DNA of 64,000 bases from Octopus sinensis (GCF_006345805.1 NC_043003.1:82832001-82896000); one strand, 5' to 3'. Positions 25,701 through 39,568 are shown, counted from the first letter of the stretch. Numbers and translations are program-made. Notes: generated from the letters alone by a model not told the origin.

Positions 25701-26254
25701 GCCCTGATGCAGTACCAGGCAGTGGCTCTCATGGCTTCTGATCTTAACTGATTGGAAGTGTTATCATGTACATTGTTTTGTCTTGGTATAAAAGATGGGC
25801 TACAGCAAATATTCTGCTCAATACCACAGATTTGCTTGTCAGTTGTTTGACCTTAACCAGTTGAGCATGTCCCTTAGTGGCTGACGATATGTGCATCTCT
25901 GATCACGAGCAGAAGTAGTGGGGGAGCATCATAGCCATGTGTTGAGAAGGATTCTTTGGGGTTTGGATAATTCACCTCTGGAAACATGGGTGTTTCGTTC
26001 AACGTCCTTAAACAACCCTTATTCAGGGACCTTTTGAGCGGGATGGGTTACTCGATCTGAAGAAAATTCTAACTGGGCTCCACCTGCAAGGTCATGTGCT
26101 GTTTATCTTGATATGAGATCACCATGTCGCGCACATATGGTTGTGATGCATGTGCCTGGTGTACCCTTATCAGACGGGTAGTCATGATGGGTATACTGGG
26201 CTTCGTATATTTTACCCCAGTGTCACTTTGATGGCATGCTCTGCTCGCTCACTC

Positions 26255-26255
<1 letters not shown>
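25700..26255. mobile_element. Unclassified ~555-bp element inserted in (AAT)n
   Basis: Higher-GC non-coding block with sharp edges between two (AAT)n arrays. Confidence 0.55.
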
Positions 26256-26307
<52 letters not shown>

Positions 26308-26309
<2 letters not shown>

Positions 26310-26465
26310 TCAAAAAATACCTCAGGAATGAGACCCCAGGTTCGAAATTTCCCTAAAATACCTGATTGAACCGAAACGTTGTGTTAACAACAAATATGAT
26401 GAGGACAAATATCCGTCAGATGTAAATAATGTACATAACTCCTTATCTTTTAAATATAGAACCAG
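26308..26465 (+). mobile_element. PLE pLTR-like segment with stem-II-deleted hammerhead remnant
   Basis: 26357-26385 AAUAC-CUGAUUG-AACC-GAAA-CG-UU-GUGUU. Confidence 0.45.
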
Positions 26466-26539
26466 AGAGTTATGTTGTAGAAGATACTTGGACAAGAAAG
26501 AGAGCAGTAGGGTCGAAACCGTAACTATATTGTTTCCTC

Positions 26540-26668
26540 TCAGCGCTTTTTGTGAAAGAGCGTAGGCTCGAAACGTCAAAAACGTTTCCATTCTTCCCGA
26601 GCGTCAAACTAATACGCTTGCTTGTAGTTCGCTTCTTCGTCTTTTGTTTTCTGTAAAATTCGAACTAT
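26540..26668 (+). mobile_element. Short repeat with hammerhead-like motif
   Basis: UUGUGAA-A-GAGC(GUAG)GCUC-GAAA-CG-UC-AAAAA; tail cccgagcgtcaaactaatac..cttcgtcttttg shared with ~5620-5690 and ~37940-37990. Confidence 0.55.
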
Positions 26669-28625
26669 GTGTGTGGTGTGTGTCTGTGTGTGAGTGCGCG
26701 ATTACAAATATGTGTGTGCGTATGTGTATATCTCTGTGTGCGTGTATAAAGACAGACATATAGATAGATAGATAGATAGATAGGTAAGTAGAAAAACATA
26801 CTTTGGTAAGAAGCAAGAACTTATATACGTAAATATATCGTGCATATAAGTATGTGCCTTGTATATGTGGGTAGACACACACAAGCACACAGATCTATAC
26901 ACTCCAACGCACATGATCTCAAACATATACATTATACCTATGCCGACTTATATACACGTTGCACACACTCAAGCATATCGCACATATACGAAGAGACATC
27001 TAGATATAAATAACTATTTACGCAAACCCTTACACAGCGTGTATATCTATTGGTGGTTTATGGTAATACCTATATACATATATGTATGTGTTTGAGTCTA
27101 TTTTTGTGTGCAAGTGTGTGTGTGTGTGTGTTTCTACAAGAGTGTGTATGTGTGTGTGTGTTTCTATGAGTGTTTCACCCTACGTGCGTGCGCATATTGT
27201 GCCTACGATTGCATTTCTTTTCTCTCCTCCAACCGAATATTAGTAATTAATGAAACGGTGAAATGCAGGTAGGTAGATCCGACGGAAAATTGCCAAGAAT
27301 TTGACAGGAAGGCAAAGTTATCTGACTGTTCAAAAATAATTCAGTTCCAGAGTAATAAACCTTCATAAGCCGCCTTATATGAATTGTAATTTCACTGCAC
27401 CTGATGCCGACTAGGAGGCCGGCTATTTTGAAAGGTGGCTTTAAGCATAACAGTAATGTAATTCCAACAATATAATACACCATTTAAGAAACAAGATATT
27501 GCTTAATTCTAGTTGTCGCTTACAAAACAAATAAATAAAAGAATAAAAACATAAATAAATAAATCTACTAAAAGTGGTGAAAATAAATAAAATAAAACAC
27601 ATGATATCTTTCCCGCGTGTTTATCGTTTCGTGTGTATTTTATGTCGTCGCTTAGAAAGATTATATTGATCAAGATTTCACTCATATGAAACTGATTATC
27701 TTGGCATTATTTTCGAATGTTGTTTAAAATTTATGACTATTACCGAAGACGTACAATCCATTTCCTTTCTGATCATGGTGTTATGTTCGCACGCACGCAT
27801 ACACATATGCACATCATAAATACGCAGATACAGAGACACTCTCAAACATATAGATGAAAGTTAGTAACTTTATACGCACTTATATGTATATGCGTGAGTT
27901 ATGCATATGTGCGTGCTTTTGTGTACACGTCACTATTAAAAGAAATCTGCTTTCAATTATTATCCGTATTTAATTAAGGATTATTAGAAAAATATATATA
28001 AAAAATCTTAATATCATTCCCGTACGCATATTACAGAACACAAGTACACGCACACCCATATATGGTAGTTATATAAGCATATATGTATATACGTATATAT
28101 ATACACATATGGTCATATATATGCATGTAGTCATATACATGCATGTACATACATGTATGCATACATGTGTAAGCATATATGTGTGTGTGTGTGTACGTGT
28201 ATGTGTGTGTGATGTGTGTGTGTGTGTGTATGCATAAGAAAGTACAAGCACTCACATATATATCATTCACCCATCTATACATATATGCTTGTATATTTCT
28301 TCAATGCTACTACATATCACAAACTGCTTAACAGCCGCCTTGAAATGCATTTAACCAATTTCTGTAATTTTGATCATGGACAGAGTGAATATCTTTTGAT
28401 CGACGGTAATTAGTTCTTTTGAGTCTACTTCAAACATCTTATTAACTGCTGTAGAACGCAGATGCTTTTGTCAAAAGCATTATGTATAGCTAGTCGATAT
28501 TTCAATGAATGTTTTCTTTCACTTATAGCGTGTTACATTTATGTTGAGCCTATATATTTTCCCGAAATATCTTAGTCCAACTAAAGGTATATAGATACCG
28601 CTAGTTCAACATGACTGCTCGACGT

Positions 28626-29970
28626 GCAGGGCGTTCGGGCTTAATTTTACAGTCTGCACAACAAGAAAAGAAGACACAATAGCCCATTCAATAACAAAAT
28701 TCAAAGAATTTCAAATAAATTCTCTGGGAGATAACAGTTTACTCAAAGAAGCCGCCCTCTGCTTCCACACGGTCTCAAAACGTCTCCAGATCCTGGTGTA
28801 TGCATTCCTCGCTCTGTTCCTGAGAGGATTTCGGGCAGTCCATTGATTTTGGCCAGCTCATCTTTGGTGTTGTAGGCAGAGCGGTTGGTGTCATTCTCAA
28901 CCACACCTTTCGGATAGCAATCCATGTGATTACAATCGATGAATGAGGAGGCCAGAAATTGGAGCAGCTGAAGTTGTAGAAATTCCTTGACAACCGCTTC
29001 TGAGTATTCTGAGATATACCAAGGAGCCGAATATTTCTCCAACACATATGACCTCCCAGCAGGTACCTTCTCACGCAAGGGTTTGACGACAATAACCAGC
29101 AGCTTCATATAGGCATTTGTATTGTGCCTGTGGCTTTGTTCAAAGTTGTGACGTCACGCTCACTAGAGACACACCTAAAGACCATCACAGTTTGGGAGAA
29201 CTTGGTTGTTATGATACATGAGACAATACATGTATTGTGGGCAAGTCACCTGTCATTTTGGGTGTTGTGCAACTGATCCTAGCAGAATGTTTTATCATAG
29301 ATTCAACAGAATGGCCTCTGTTTGTTCAGGAGCCTTCGACAGGTGGTTATTTTCGGCCTTAGCTGCCAGAATTTGTACCTTGTGCTTCTTGTACGTATGG
29401 TTGCGAAGATCCGCATTCGGAGCTTAGCTTCATGCTGAAGTACCCAACAACCATCTCTCGCGTCAAGGCCCGGATTCCCTTAATCGATTGTCCCATCAAC
29501 ATGTCCTGCAGTTATTGGGTGCATTCAGGTGCGCAGACGCAGAACATCAACTGTGTTTCTTTCGGCTGGCCACGGTTTCCTAGTTTCTGCTCAGCTGTCA
29601 ATGTCACGTCTTTCAGCCCTTACGGAACTCTTAGCTACAGTCACGATGTTGGCATTTTGAGGCTACCAGACTTTCATGTCAGCTATTTTTCTCAAATTCC
29701 ACTATAATATTTATGCTCACCAACACATATAATTGTTTACCAACACACGAAAATGTCTCTGAAACAAAAAACATTAAAAAATGCTCAAATTAATAAAGAA
29801 CACCCTATATTTAACAATAACAGAGAAAACTCCGTTTCACTCTATCTAAGAGGAAATTTGTAGTGATCTTTGATAGTGATGCCCTACATGCACATTGTCT
29901 AACCCCGCCTGACGCATGATATCACGTATTCTCCATGAGCAAACAAGACATCAATTAAGAAAGCCTATAT
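28626..29970 (-). mobile_element. Tc1/mariner DD37D-like transposon, near full length, decayed
   Basis: Frameshifted minus translation VVKP..KVPAGRSYV..SAP..TQKRLSRNF..FWPP..DCNHMD..GVVENDTN..NTKDEL, homologous to the 9720-10367 remnant. Confidence 0.75.
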
Positions 29971-30060
29971 GATCCTCCCGGAGGGAAATATCGTATAAGT
30001 TTCCCTTAACAGACCACCTGCGATCACACAAATTAAGACAAAATGTGCAAGGTAACGCAA

Positions 30061-30145
<85 letters not shown>

Positions 30146-30457
30146 GTATGTGTGTGTGTGTGTATACCGTATCCACATATACAAACACGTTTATATAAAT
30201 ACATATATGTGTGTGTGTCACAATATATGCAATCAAGTAATTCGATAGTACTCGTAAAATGGCTCTTTAATGTATCATTGTACACACCATATAGAGTTTA
30301 TAGCAACATAAAAGGGAAAAAGATAAGGATTGTATAAAGTCATAAATGACAGCGAAATATTTTGATGAACTTTTATTTAACAAAGAAAAAAAAATTCCAA
30401 GTATGATAACAAATTTGTTTCATAACTAAAAAACCTTGCAAATAACTGATATCATCA

Positions 30458-30575
30458 TATCTAATAATAAATAAATAACTTATCTAATACTAAATAAATA
30501 ACTTATCTATAACTAAATAAATAACTTATCTAATAATAAACAAATAACTTATCTAATACTATATAAATAACTTAT
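30458..30575. repeat. 23-bp minisatellite, 5 units
   Basis: tatctaata(a/c)taaataaataact x5. Confidence 0.92.
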
Positions 30576-31162
30576 ATGTCAGCATTATTGCAAAATGCAA
30601 AAAAAGAGAAAATCGTTGAAAATAATGAAGGTGAAAGACAGTTTTTTTTATTAAAAATAGTATACATAACAAAACGCAGAGTGAGAATTTTAAAATAATT
30701 ATCGAAAACAATAATGACAACATTAATACAGATTAATAAGAAGATATTAATTCTATAATTGCTGTCTTCCATAATTCTTTCAAAATTTTGACTCTGCGTT
30801 CTTATATCATTACGTAGACTATTTGTTCTTTTACAAAACAGTTCCTTGTAGCAGGTGACGTGGCCCAAATTCTGCATTATTTTGAACGAAAAATTTTAAC
30901 AAGCATCTGAGTTCGAAGCACTCCTCACGAACGCACGTTTGTGAGATGGTTGTGATATATAAACAGTTTTGAATAAGAACCAGAAAGCGAAGCAGGAACA
31001 CGCAATGCGCATGTGAAAACTCAATTTATAAAACGGAAGAGCAAAATAACAACGCAATGCGCATATCAAAGTATAACGGAGGAGGATGATAACACGAGTT
31101 ATATGATGGTTTGCATGCCACGGCTGACACCAGTATGACGCAGCTTCGTTATAATTTCAATG

Positions 31163-31539
31163 TGGAGGCGCAATGGCCCAGTGGTTAGGGCAGCGGACTC
31201 GCGGTCATAGGATCGCGGTTTCGATTCCCAGACCGGGCGTAGTGAGTGTTTATTGAGCGAAAACACCTAAAAGCTCCACGAGGCTCCGGCAGGGGATGGT
31301 GGTGATCCCTGCTGTACTCTTTCACCACAACTTTCTCTCACTCTTACTTCCTGTTTCTGTTGTTTCAAGGGGCCGGCTTTGTCACTCTCTGTGTCACGCT
31401 GAATATCGCCGAGAACTACGTTAAGGATGCACGTGTCTGTGGAGTGCTCAGCCACTTACACGTTAATTTCACGAGCAGGCTGTTCCGTTGATTCGGATCA
31501 ACCGGAACCCTCATCGTCGTAACCGACGGAGTGCTTCCC
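31163..31539 (+). mobile_element. tRNA-derived SINE family C with 12-bp TSD
   Basis: TSD ataatttcaatg at 31151-31162 and 31540-31551. Confidence 0.92.
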
Positions 31540-32221
31540 ATAATTTCAATGATATAGACATGTAAGCAATTTCTTTATTATTGAATAGGATAATATAAAT
31601 TATTTGCACATTTTGGGGTTACGAAACAAATTAGTCGTGACATTTGGATTTCTGTTCATCTAAATATTGCTCTACCATTTATGACTGTGTGTGTGTGTGT
31701 GTGTACAAACACTCGCACACAACGTAGTGAAATTAATTTTAATCAAAGATTTGAAGCATCACTATTGACTCAGTACTAAACAAAAAGGCCCACAATATTT
31801 TTATTCCTATTTTTAACGCACATCTACCATTTCCCTCTCATCCACATAATTCATATCCAGTCCTATATCTCTGGAAATTGCTAATATCCGTTCCATTAAC
31901 CGTTACTTATATATAAACATGGAGTATAAATTAATTCAAAAGTAACTGAAATCTCCATATTTCCTAGCATATTCTTCTATGTGCGTTTATGTGATCCATC
32001 AGAAGTCCAGCCAGAAACAACAACCAAACTGCTCACAAATAATAATCCCCACTTTTATTTCTATGAAAGACATTATTATATAACAAAACGGGATTATCTG
32101 GACTAGAGCATTCTTAAAAATAGATCATTTGTATCAAAACTGAGCTATTGCTAAGCAGATCTATAATTTAGAAGTTTATATCTATTAGCTTCCAAATTGA
32201 AAAATGTGACTGTAAATTCTA

Positions 32222-32415
32222 TGACGGTGAGCGGGGCGGAATTTTTAGCACGTTGGGCAAATTGCTTAGCGGCATTTCTTCCTTCTTAACATTTTGTGTT
32301 CAAATTCTCCCGAAGTCGATTTTACCTTTCATTCTTTCGGAATCAATGAAATAAGTACTAGTTGAGCAGTGGGATCGATGTAATCGACTTATACCGCCCT
32401 CAGAATTGCTGGCGT
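32222..32415 (+). mobile_element. SINE family B, degenerate
   Basis: ttagcacgttgggcaaattgcttagcggcattt...gtcgattttacctttcattctttcgg. Confidence 0.75.
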
Positions 32416-33534
32416 TGATTCTCTTTGTTGACCTTCAATTACGCACAGTTAAACACTGCAGTGAGAGTATCTTATTTTGAAAGAACTGAAACACCAAATA
32501 GCATTGGAAAGCATCATCGATGTTGTGATCAGATACATCACAGAATAATGCATGCAAAAACGACACACACTCACACACACATAAGTATATTCAAACACGC
32601 AATAATTCATACGCTCATAGGCATGTACATATGTGTTTTGTGTTTCAATATAAATATATGAAGTGTACGTATGCATGTATTTATATCTATTGCATTCCAT
32701 ACAGGAATTTCTGAAGCAAAAAATTGGTTTTTGCAAATTTCCTATGAGTCAGTCACTAATCCACAATATTCATGGCAATGAGCGTGATAAAAGAGCATGT
32801 ACCTATAAATGTGCATTTTCCGAAAAAGTGGTTCACCGGTTTCTGAATATCGCTCACTAAAAAATAAAAGCTGAAATTATATGTATTATGGATTTTCTCT
32901 TTGCGTAAGAGAGCACAACACAGCGTTACTGCGCAGAGAACGTGTCTACCGCTGAGTCATCTGAACAGTATCCAGACGAGTGTCTTGACTCACATATCCA
33001 CACCTCCCCAGAATATTTCTACTGGCTAACAACGAGGTTGTTACGATATTCCTAACAACACATGCTCTATAGATATATAAGTGCAGTTTTTGCATTTGCC
33101 GGATTGAATATCAAAATTTCAAACAAAAACCATAGCAGGAAATTCATTACCGACCATAGATATATTTATGATTCAACGATAATACGAGAAAGAGTTGTAG
33201 TCACGAATCGCCAGAAGGCCACCTCAGGATCTAAGACGCTCACCAAACCTTTCGTATGAATTCCAAATTTCCTCTAGTATATTCGATTATTGATATAATG
33301 TATCAAATACGTTTTTGAAATCTACTTTCCTTGAATATGAAATGTAAATTAAGATTGATTTATATTTTTAGTTTTATTCGTATGGAAACATACCTTGTAT
33401 CACAATTTACTGATCTATCTAAAGATTTTCAAGTATTTCGAGTGTTTGTCGAGTAGTCTCTTCACTTTGTTCATCCAAATATATACATAGATATATACAG
33501 TAAACCAGGCACACACACACACACACACACACAC

Positions 33535-33595
<61 letters not shown>

Positions 33596-33909
33596 ATATG
33601 TATTTATGTACATATGCATGTAGGTATATAGTTGCATATGTGTATATGTACGCATATATACATACATACACAAACACATACTTAAGTGCATATAAGTGGA
33701 AGCGAAGGGAATACTCAATACTGAAAGTAGTAATATAATCTTTAGGAAGATGAAACCACACAAATCATTATTCACACATACACGGACTCAATGACACTAT
33801 ACGCTTATGGGCATGCCTATATATATGCATATGTATGTATATACATATATATATATATATGTATACATACAAACACATGTAAGTGTGTGCGTGTTTGTAT
33901 GTGTGGATG

Positions 33910-33972
<63 letters not shown>

Positions 33973-34057
33973 GTTTGTGTCCGCGCGAGTGCGTGTGCGT
34001 GCTTAAACACACACACGCATATATATATTATATATTATATATATATATTTATTTATA

Positions 34058-34088
<31 letters not shown>

Positions 34089-34166
34089 GCATATGTATAT
34101 ATATATACACATACATATGTATATATGCATATGCGTAAACATAGGGTAGGTATAGATACCTTACAT

Positions 34167-34245
<79 letters not shown>

Positions 34246-35142
34246 ACATACATATCGTGCGTGTGTGTGTTTGTGTGTCTATGTTCATGTTGTAGTGTTT
34301 TATAAGAACGTGCGTATATATTTATGTACGTATAGACCTATTTCATCGAGTATGCCTTTGTGTGTTTACTTTCAAATATTAATATCAAAATTTAGATTTG
34401 AATATTTATAAAGCTTTATGTGCGTATAAAAAAATATATATTTAATTATGTGTATGTGCGCGCGCGTATGTGTGTGAATATGTGAGTGTGTTAGTGCATG
34501 TATGTGTGTGCATATGTGAACGTGTGCGTGTTATTAAGTGGGAGTATGTGTGTTCGCGTGTGCACTGAAACAGGAAGAGCCAGACAACAAACCTTGTATG
34601 AAGGATAGAGACTGATAGAACGTAACAAGCGTGAGTGAAACAGCAGACTATACCCATGTTACAGCTGAAGGAATCGCAATAATATTAAGCTTCGTTCCAT
34701 TAGTTCTTTTTTTTTTTTCTTTTTAGTATGTCGCTCTTCTAATTAATTACATGGTGAATTCAGTATGAAATTTCGAACACAAGTAAAATATATTGGATAC
34801 GTTGTTGTTGAAATTATGATTCCAGTTTGTATGTGAAACGATGTCCAAGACACGCAGGTGACAACAAACTAGAAAGATAACTAATAAACACACACTCACA
34901 CACAGACACGATTACACGCACACACGAACACAAACGCACACACGCAAGCACAGACATGTGTATGTATATATATATATAGATAGGTAGATAGAGAGATAGA
35001 GAGATACATACATACATAGACAGATAGATACATTATATACTTATATATACATATTATGTATATATATATGTACATATATATATACGTATATATATATATA
35101 TGCATATATATGCATATATATATATACATATATATGCATATA

Positions 35143-35179
<37 letters not shown>

Positions 35180-36103
35180 TAATAAATATATGCATACATA
35201 CAAACATATATGTACGTACCGACATCTACATGTATATATACATGCATATATAAATATATATACGTACAGGACACCACAAAAAGACGTAAACCTCAACAGA
35301 CACGAAAACGGAAAAGCCATTTTGTTACAACAGAAGGACAGAGACGTGGAACAAGACGAGAACGAAAACGGGAAAAACATTATTTACAACAGAAAAACAA
35401 GGTACAGGACATGCTACACAAGGAAAAATCCCCTTCATCAGCTGTCACTAGTAGACTTAAGCGTGTTGTGAAGGCAAGACAGGACACGAATAGTAAAAAT
35501 TTAGATTCAGTTGAATATGGTACTTAAGTTAAAGGCACCAGAATTTAGTATGGTATTAGCCATATAATTCAAAATGGAGTCGTTATAATCAAAATAAGCA
35601 ACAAGGATATCCAGAGGTAATGTAGTACGATTGTTTCATGCGACTCTATTTAATTGAACAAGGCAAATATTACATCAGTTTTAAAATGTAGAGCAATCTT
35701 GAGCTGCATAAAAATATAGAATTTAGTTAAATTTAAAGGATTCACTTTTTTTAGTTATTCCATTAACCAAAATCACAAAGAGGGCAAGAAGGTAGACAGA
35801 GAACAGGTTTTTAATCAACAAAAACGTAGTAGTAACTGATATTTTTTCATGAAGACACTGCTTATCATTGATTTTACTTTGTTATTTAGATTTACTTCTG
35901 GGGAGGGGGTTTAAGACTAGTTTATCAGGTCTAGTGGAAAACAAGAATCTATTTTTTATAGATAGAGAAAACGACAGCACTTCTAAGCACTGCGCACATC
36001 CTTCGTCAAATACATTCAATAGAGTGAAAACAAGAGTACAAATCCAAGGTGCACAGAGCTGCGCTCGGTAGTACAGTGAAAGCACGTGATAAAAATGATA
36101 CTA

Positions 36104-36104
<1 letters not shown>

Positions 36105-36182
<78 letters not shown>

Positions 36183-36210
36183 TAGTAGTAGTAGTAGTAG
36201 TAGCAGCAGC

Positions 36211-36244
<34 letters not shown>

Positions 36245-36264
36245 ATAATAATAATAATAATAAT
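36105..36264. repeat. (AAT)n/(AGT)n compound microsatellite
   Basis: Direct reading. Confidence 0.95.
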
Positions 36265-37270
36265 GGTAGGTTAACCCGAGAGCAATATCAGCAAAGAACA
36301 TCTTCATGGGAATAAATCTGACTTGAATGGCAGCCCCCTACAGATGTTCTAGATAAAAACATTGGTAGTTGTGACAACTCACCATCACAGCCCTCTTCAG
36401 GTGGGCCGAACCCCTAAGGAAGATCTCTTGCGCGGAAAGTGTTGCATGGGGAGAAAGGTGAACCTGGTCGTTATCCAAATCCTGCTACAAATAAAGTGGG
36501 ATAAAAACGACAATAGAACTATGAAGGAATGCTATTACAGAAGCGAGACTACTAAAATACCGGAAAAGAATGCGTAAATTTGAACAGAGAAAGGCATGTC
36601 CCTTATCGAAGGACCAAGCTGAACTTGAGCATCAAAATGCAGAATAAGAACAGGGATTAGCAGAGGGACCAGTAAATCCCCATAAATGAAACAACACCTC
36701 GAATAAAAGTAAATTTTACTTTGTTGATAGAAAAACTGTTACAGAGGAAGAAGTTTACAACTACACCGGAATGATGTGAGAAATAGCGAAACAATGAAGC
36801 TCTCATCTCTTAGAAGAATCAAAAGATGGGAACTAAACGAAGTAGTGAAAAAGGACAAACTGTTAGCGGACATTTTCATTGAGATCGTAACAGGCTTTAA
36901 CGACATTATATACTGCGCAGTGTGTATCGCTATTTAACTATTAGAGTTAAAAGCCAAAGAAAAATATAGGACAAAGCCCTATGGTGTAAACGAAGGCTTG
37001 AGAACCAATCTGAGCAGCTCCAGGGAGGCCTTGGAAAGATAGGCGCAATAATAAAAGAAAGAAGACTTTAGAGAAAGATAGAGCAGGAACGAACTTAAAT
37101 AAGTACAACATAAAACAAAAAGGACTGCATGTTGTTAAAGAGGAACTAAGACAAAATATCGAAGCAGTGGCGAGTAAAAAGAAAAAATGATTATAACTGA
37201 GAACAAATCAGTATCGGCAGAATAGACAACAACAAAAAAATTATGTAAATGGCTGAACAATAAAGATGAT
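36265..37270 (+). mobile_element. R4/Dong-clade non-LTR retrotransposon, decayed 5' portion
   Basis: Frameshifted KWDKNDNRTMKECYYRS..YRKRM..EKGM; W.KRRLENQ; KYNIKQKGLHVVKEELRQ..A.ASK..RTNQYRQNR match the R4/Dong N-terminal pattern; begins right after (TAA)n. Confidence 0.7.
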
Positions 37271-38058
37271 CATCAGGACCCTTCAAGGAAGTGCCCCACC
37301 ATATTGTCGGGATGTTTTCGTTCCGGCAACTTGGCGATTCGACATAAGGTTAGAGCAGAATAACTACATCGTTTTATCCACGAGTACTGGTGTATAGTAG
37401 TTCGAGAAAAACCCGCTAAATCTGTGTAGTCCGACATGGATGGAAGTTTCAATGACTGAAACAAGTAAAGTTAAAATGTTTGTGTGTGTGTCTGTATCTG
37501 TGTGTGTGTGTGCGTGTGTGTGTGTGTGTGTATCTGTGTGTGTGTGCGTGTACGTATATACGTGTTGTGTGTATGTTCGCACTCTCCTGGAAACGCAGAA
37601 TTTAGGAAAATTAAGCTGGCCTACAGCAGGAAAAATTGTTTTTATTGTGAACTATAAAGTGTGAGGTAACGTATTTTCTAATCATTCGAACCTTGCCCTC
37701 CACAGAGAAAGTGAGAAAAAATATTTTGTGCGTGATTCTAGCGCATTGAAGCCTGAAAAATTAGTTATAAATTTCTGCAATTATGTGTAGAGAAGTGAAA
37801 GATAAGGGAGTGGTACGTCAATTGGTGCTTCGCTCAATGTGCTTTTCAATACAAATTTTTCAAAGAAAAATATTTCTCCCAAGACAAAAATAAAAGCGAT
37901 AAACAGCAAAGGATTTTCACGTGCTAGCCACTGGAACGTGTTAAACGTAAAAGACTTTCTCATATTCACGAGTGTCAAACTAATACACCTATATGTGTGT
38001 GTGTGTATTAGTGTGTTGTTCTTGTTGTTGTTATTATTATTAGTAGTAGTAGTATTGC

Positions 38059-38095
<37 letters not shown>

Positions 38096-38097
38096 GC

Positions 38098-38133
<36 letters not shown>

Positions 38134-38696
38134 GATGATGATGATGATCAAATGCCTCGCCGATTTATGTATTTGCATTAAATTAATTCCAGCTTGGGAA
38201 GACAAACAGAAAACAGTGAACCTATTGTTTACTGTTTCGCATACACATAGAAACAGATATTCCGGTTCCGAAACAGCTTCCGTGTGTCTATCATTAATGA
38301 AACAAAATCACTCTGAACCTCTGCGTTTTATAGCCTCATGGCGTCTATCAAATCTATGGTCGATGTATCAATATTTTCACTCGCTAAGTAAAAAAAATTT
38401 TCTCCAAGACAAAATCTTGCAGCGAATGACTTTTACCTCCAAGTGAATAATGGCTTATTAAATAGGAATCTACGCACTTCATTTTTCTATTCTCACTCTC
38501 ACTCACTCTCTCTTTTTCTCTTTCTCACACACCCTCTCCCCATCTCCCCCTCTCTCTCTCTGTATGTATTTATAATCATGTGTACACAAACAGAAAAACG
38601 ATAACATACATACATACATACATGCATGCATCGATACATACATATATACATTTCATCGTATGATTTCAAAAGTTGGTACAGACCCAACAGTATCTG

Positions 38697-38862
38697 AGGG
38701 GCGGAGGAAGCCGATTTTTCAATATCATTACTTGATTGCAACTTATTTTATCGACTCCTCGGCGGAGTCAACCTCGGAGGAATTTGAATCCGGAACAGAA
38801 TGACGGACGAAATGCCACTAAGCATTTTAGCTGGGGTCGTAAAAGTTCTGCCAGCTCGCCGC
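38697..38862 (-). mobile_element. SINE family B, degenerate, head-to-head with next copy
   Basis: Reverse complement of ggcgagctggcagaac...gattcaaattcc. Confidence 0.75.
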
Positions 38863-38940
38863 ATTACACATACACATACACACATACGCACGCACGCACA
38901 CACACGCACACACGTACACACATATATATATACATATATA

Positions 38941-39170
38941 AGGCGGCGAGCTGGCAGAAACGTTAGCACGCCGGGCGAAATGCGTAGCCGTATTTCGTCT
39001 GCCGTTACGTTCTGAGATCAAATTCCACCGAGGTCGACTTTGCCTTTCATCCATTCGGGGTCGATAAATTAAGTACCAGTTACGCACTAGGGTCGATGTA
39101 ATCGGCTTAATCCGTTTGTCTGTCCTTGTTTGTCCCCTCTACGTTTAGCCCCTTGTGGGCAGTAAAGAAA
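38941..39170 (+). mobile_element. SINE family B, monomer
   Basis: aggcggcgagctggcagaaacgttagcacgccgggcg...ccttgtgggcagtaaagaaa. Confidence 0.9.
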
Positions 39171-39568
39171 TATATATATACATATACGTGCTTATAAACA
39201 TACATATATGGACGTAGGAGACCATATTTATTAATCCATCGTAATTTTTAATAACTTCAATATTGTTGCCGTTTTGCTTTTGTGAGTTTTACTTCACATT
39301 GTCGGATACCAAATATATTCTTAATTGTATATCCAAATCCAGGAAATAACCAAATAGCTTGCTAGCATTGTCATATCTCTAGTTGTGTGCAATAAATCCA
39401 TTTGCACATTCGTGTATAGTATGACAAATGTTTCCAATAAATAATAAATATTGAATCTTCACAAGGAACAATAGTAATTAATTAACAACGATAAGACAAT
39501 AGCGAAATTCATGTCCATTAAATTTACATGCATAATGCAATCCAACTACATGTTAATTAATTAGCATT

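Noticed and set aside
30458-30575. CRISPR-like array
   Set aside because: Contiguous 23-bp units without unique spacers; eukaryotic context; no cas genes
30990-31070. Two acgcaatgcgcat motifs plus CGGAAG as an NRF1/ETS promoter
   Set aside because: Only partial motif matches, with no associated gene start
35415-35490. Minus-strand CUGAUGA-AGGGGA..UUCCUU as a hammerhead
   Set aside because: No GAAA or cleavage-site elements in this copy; probably a decayed repeat, cannot be supported here
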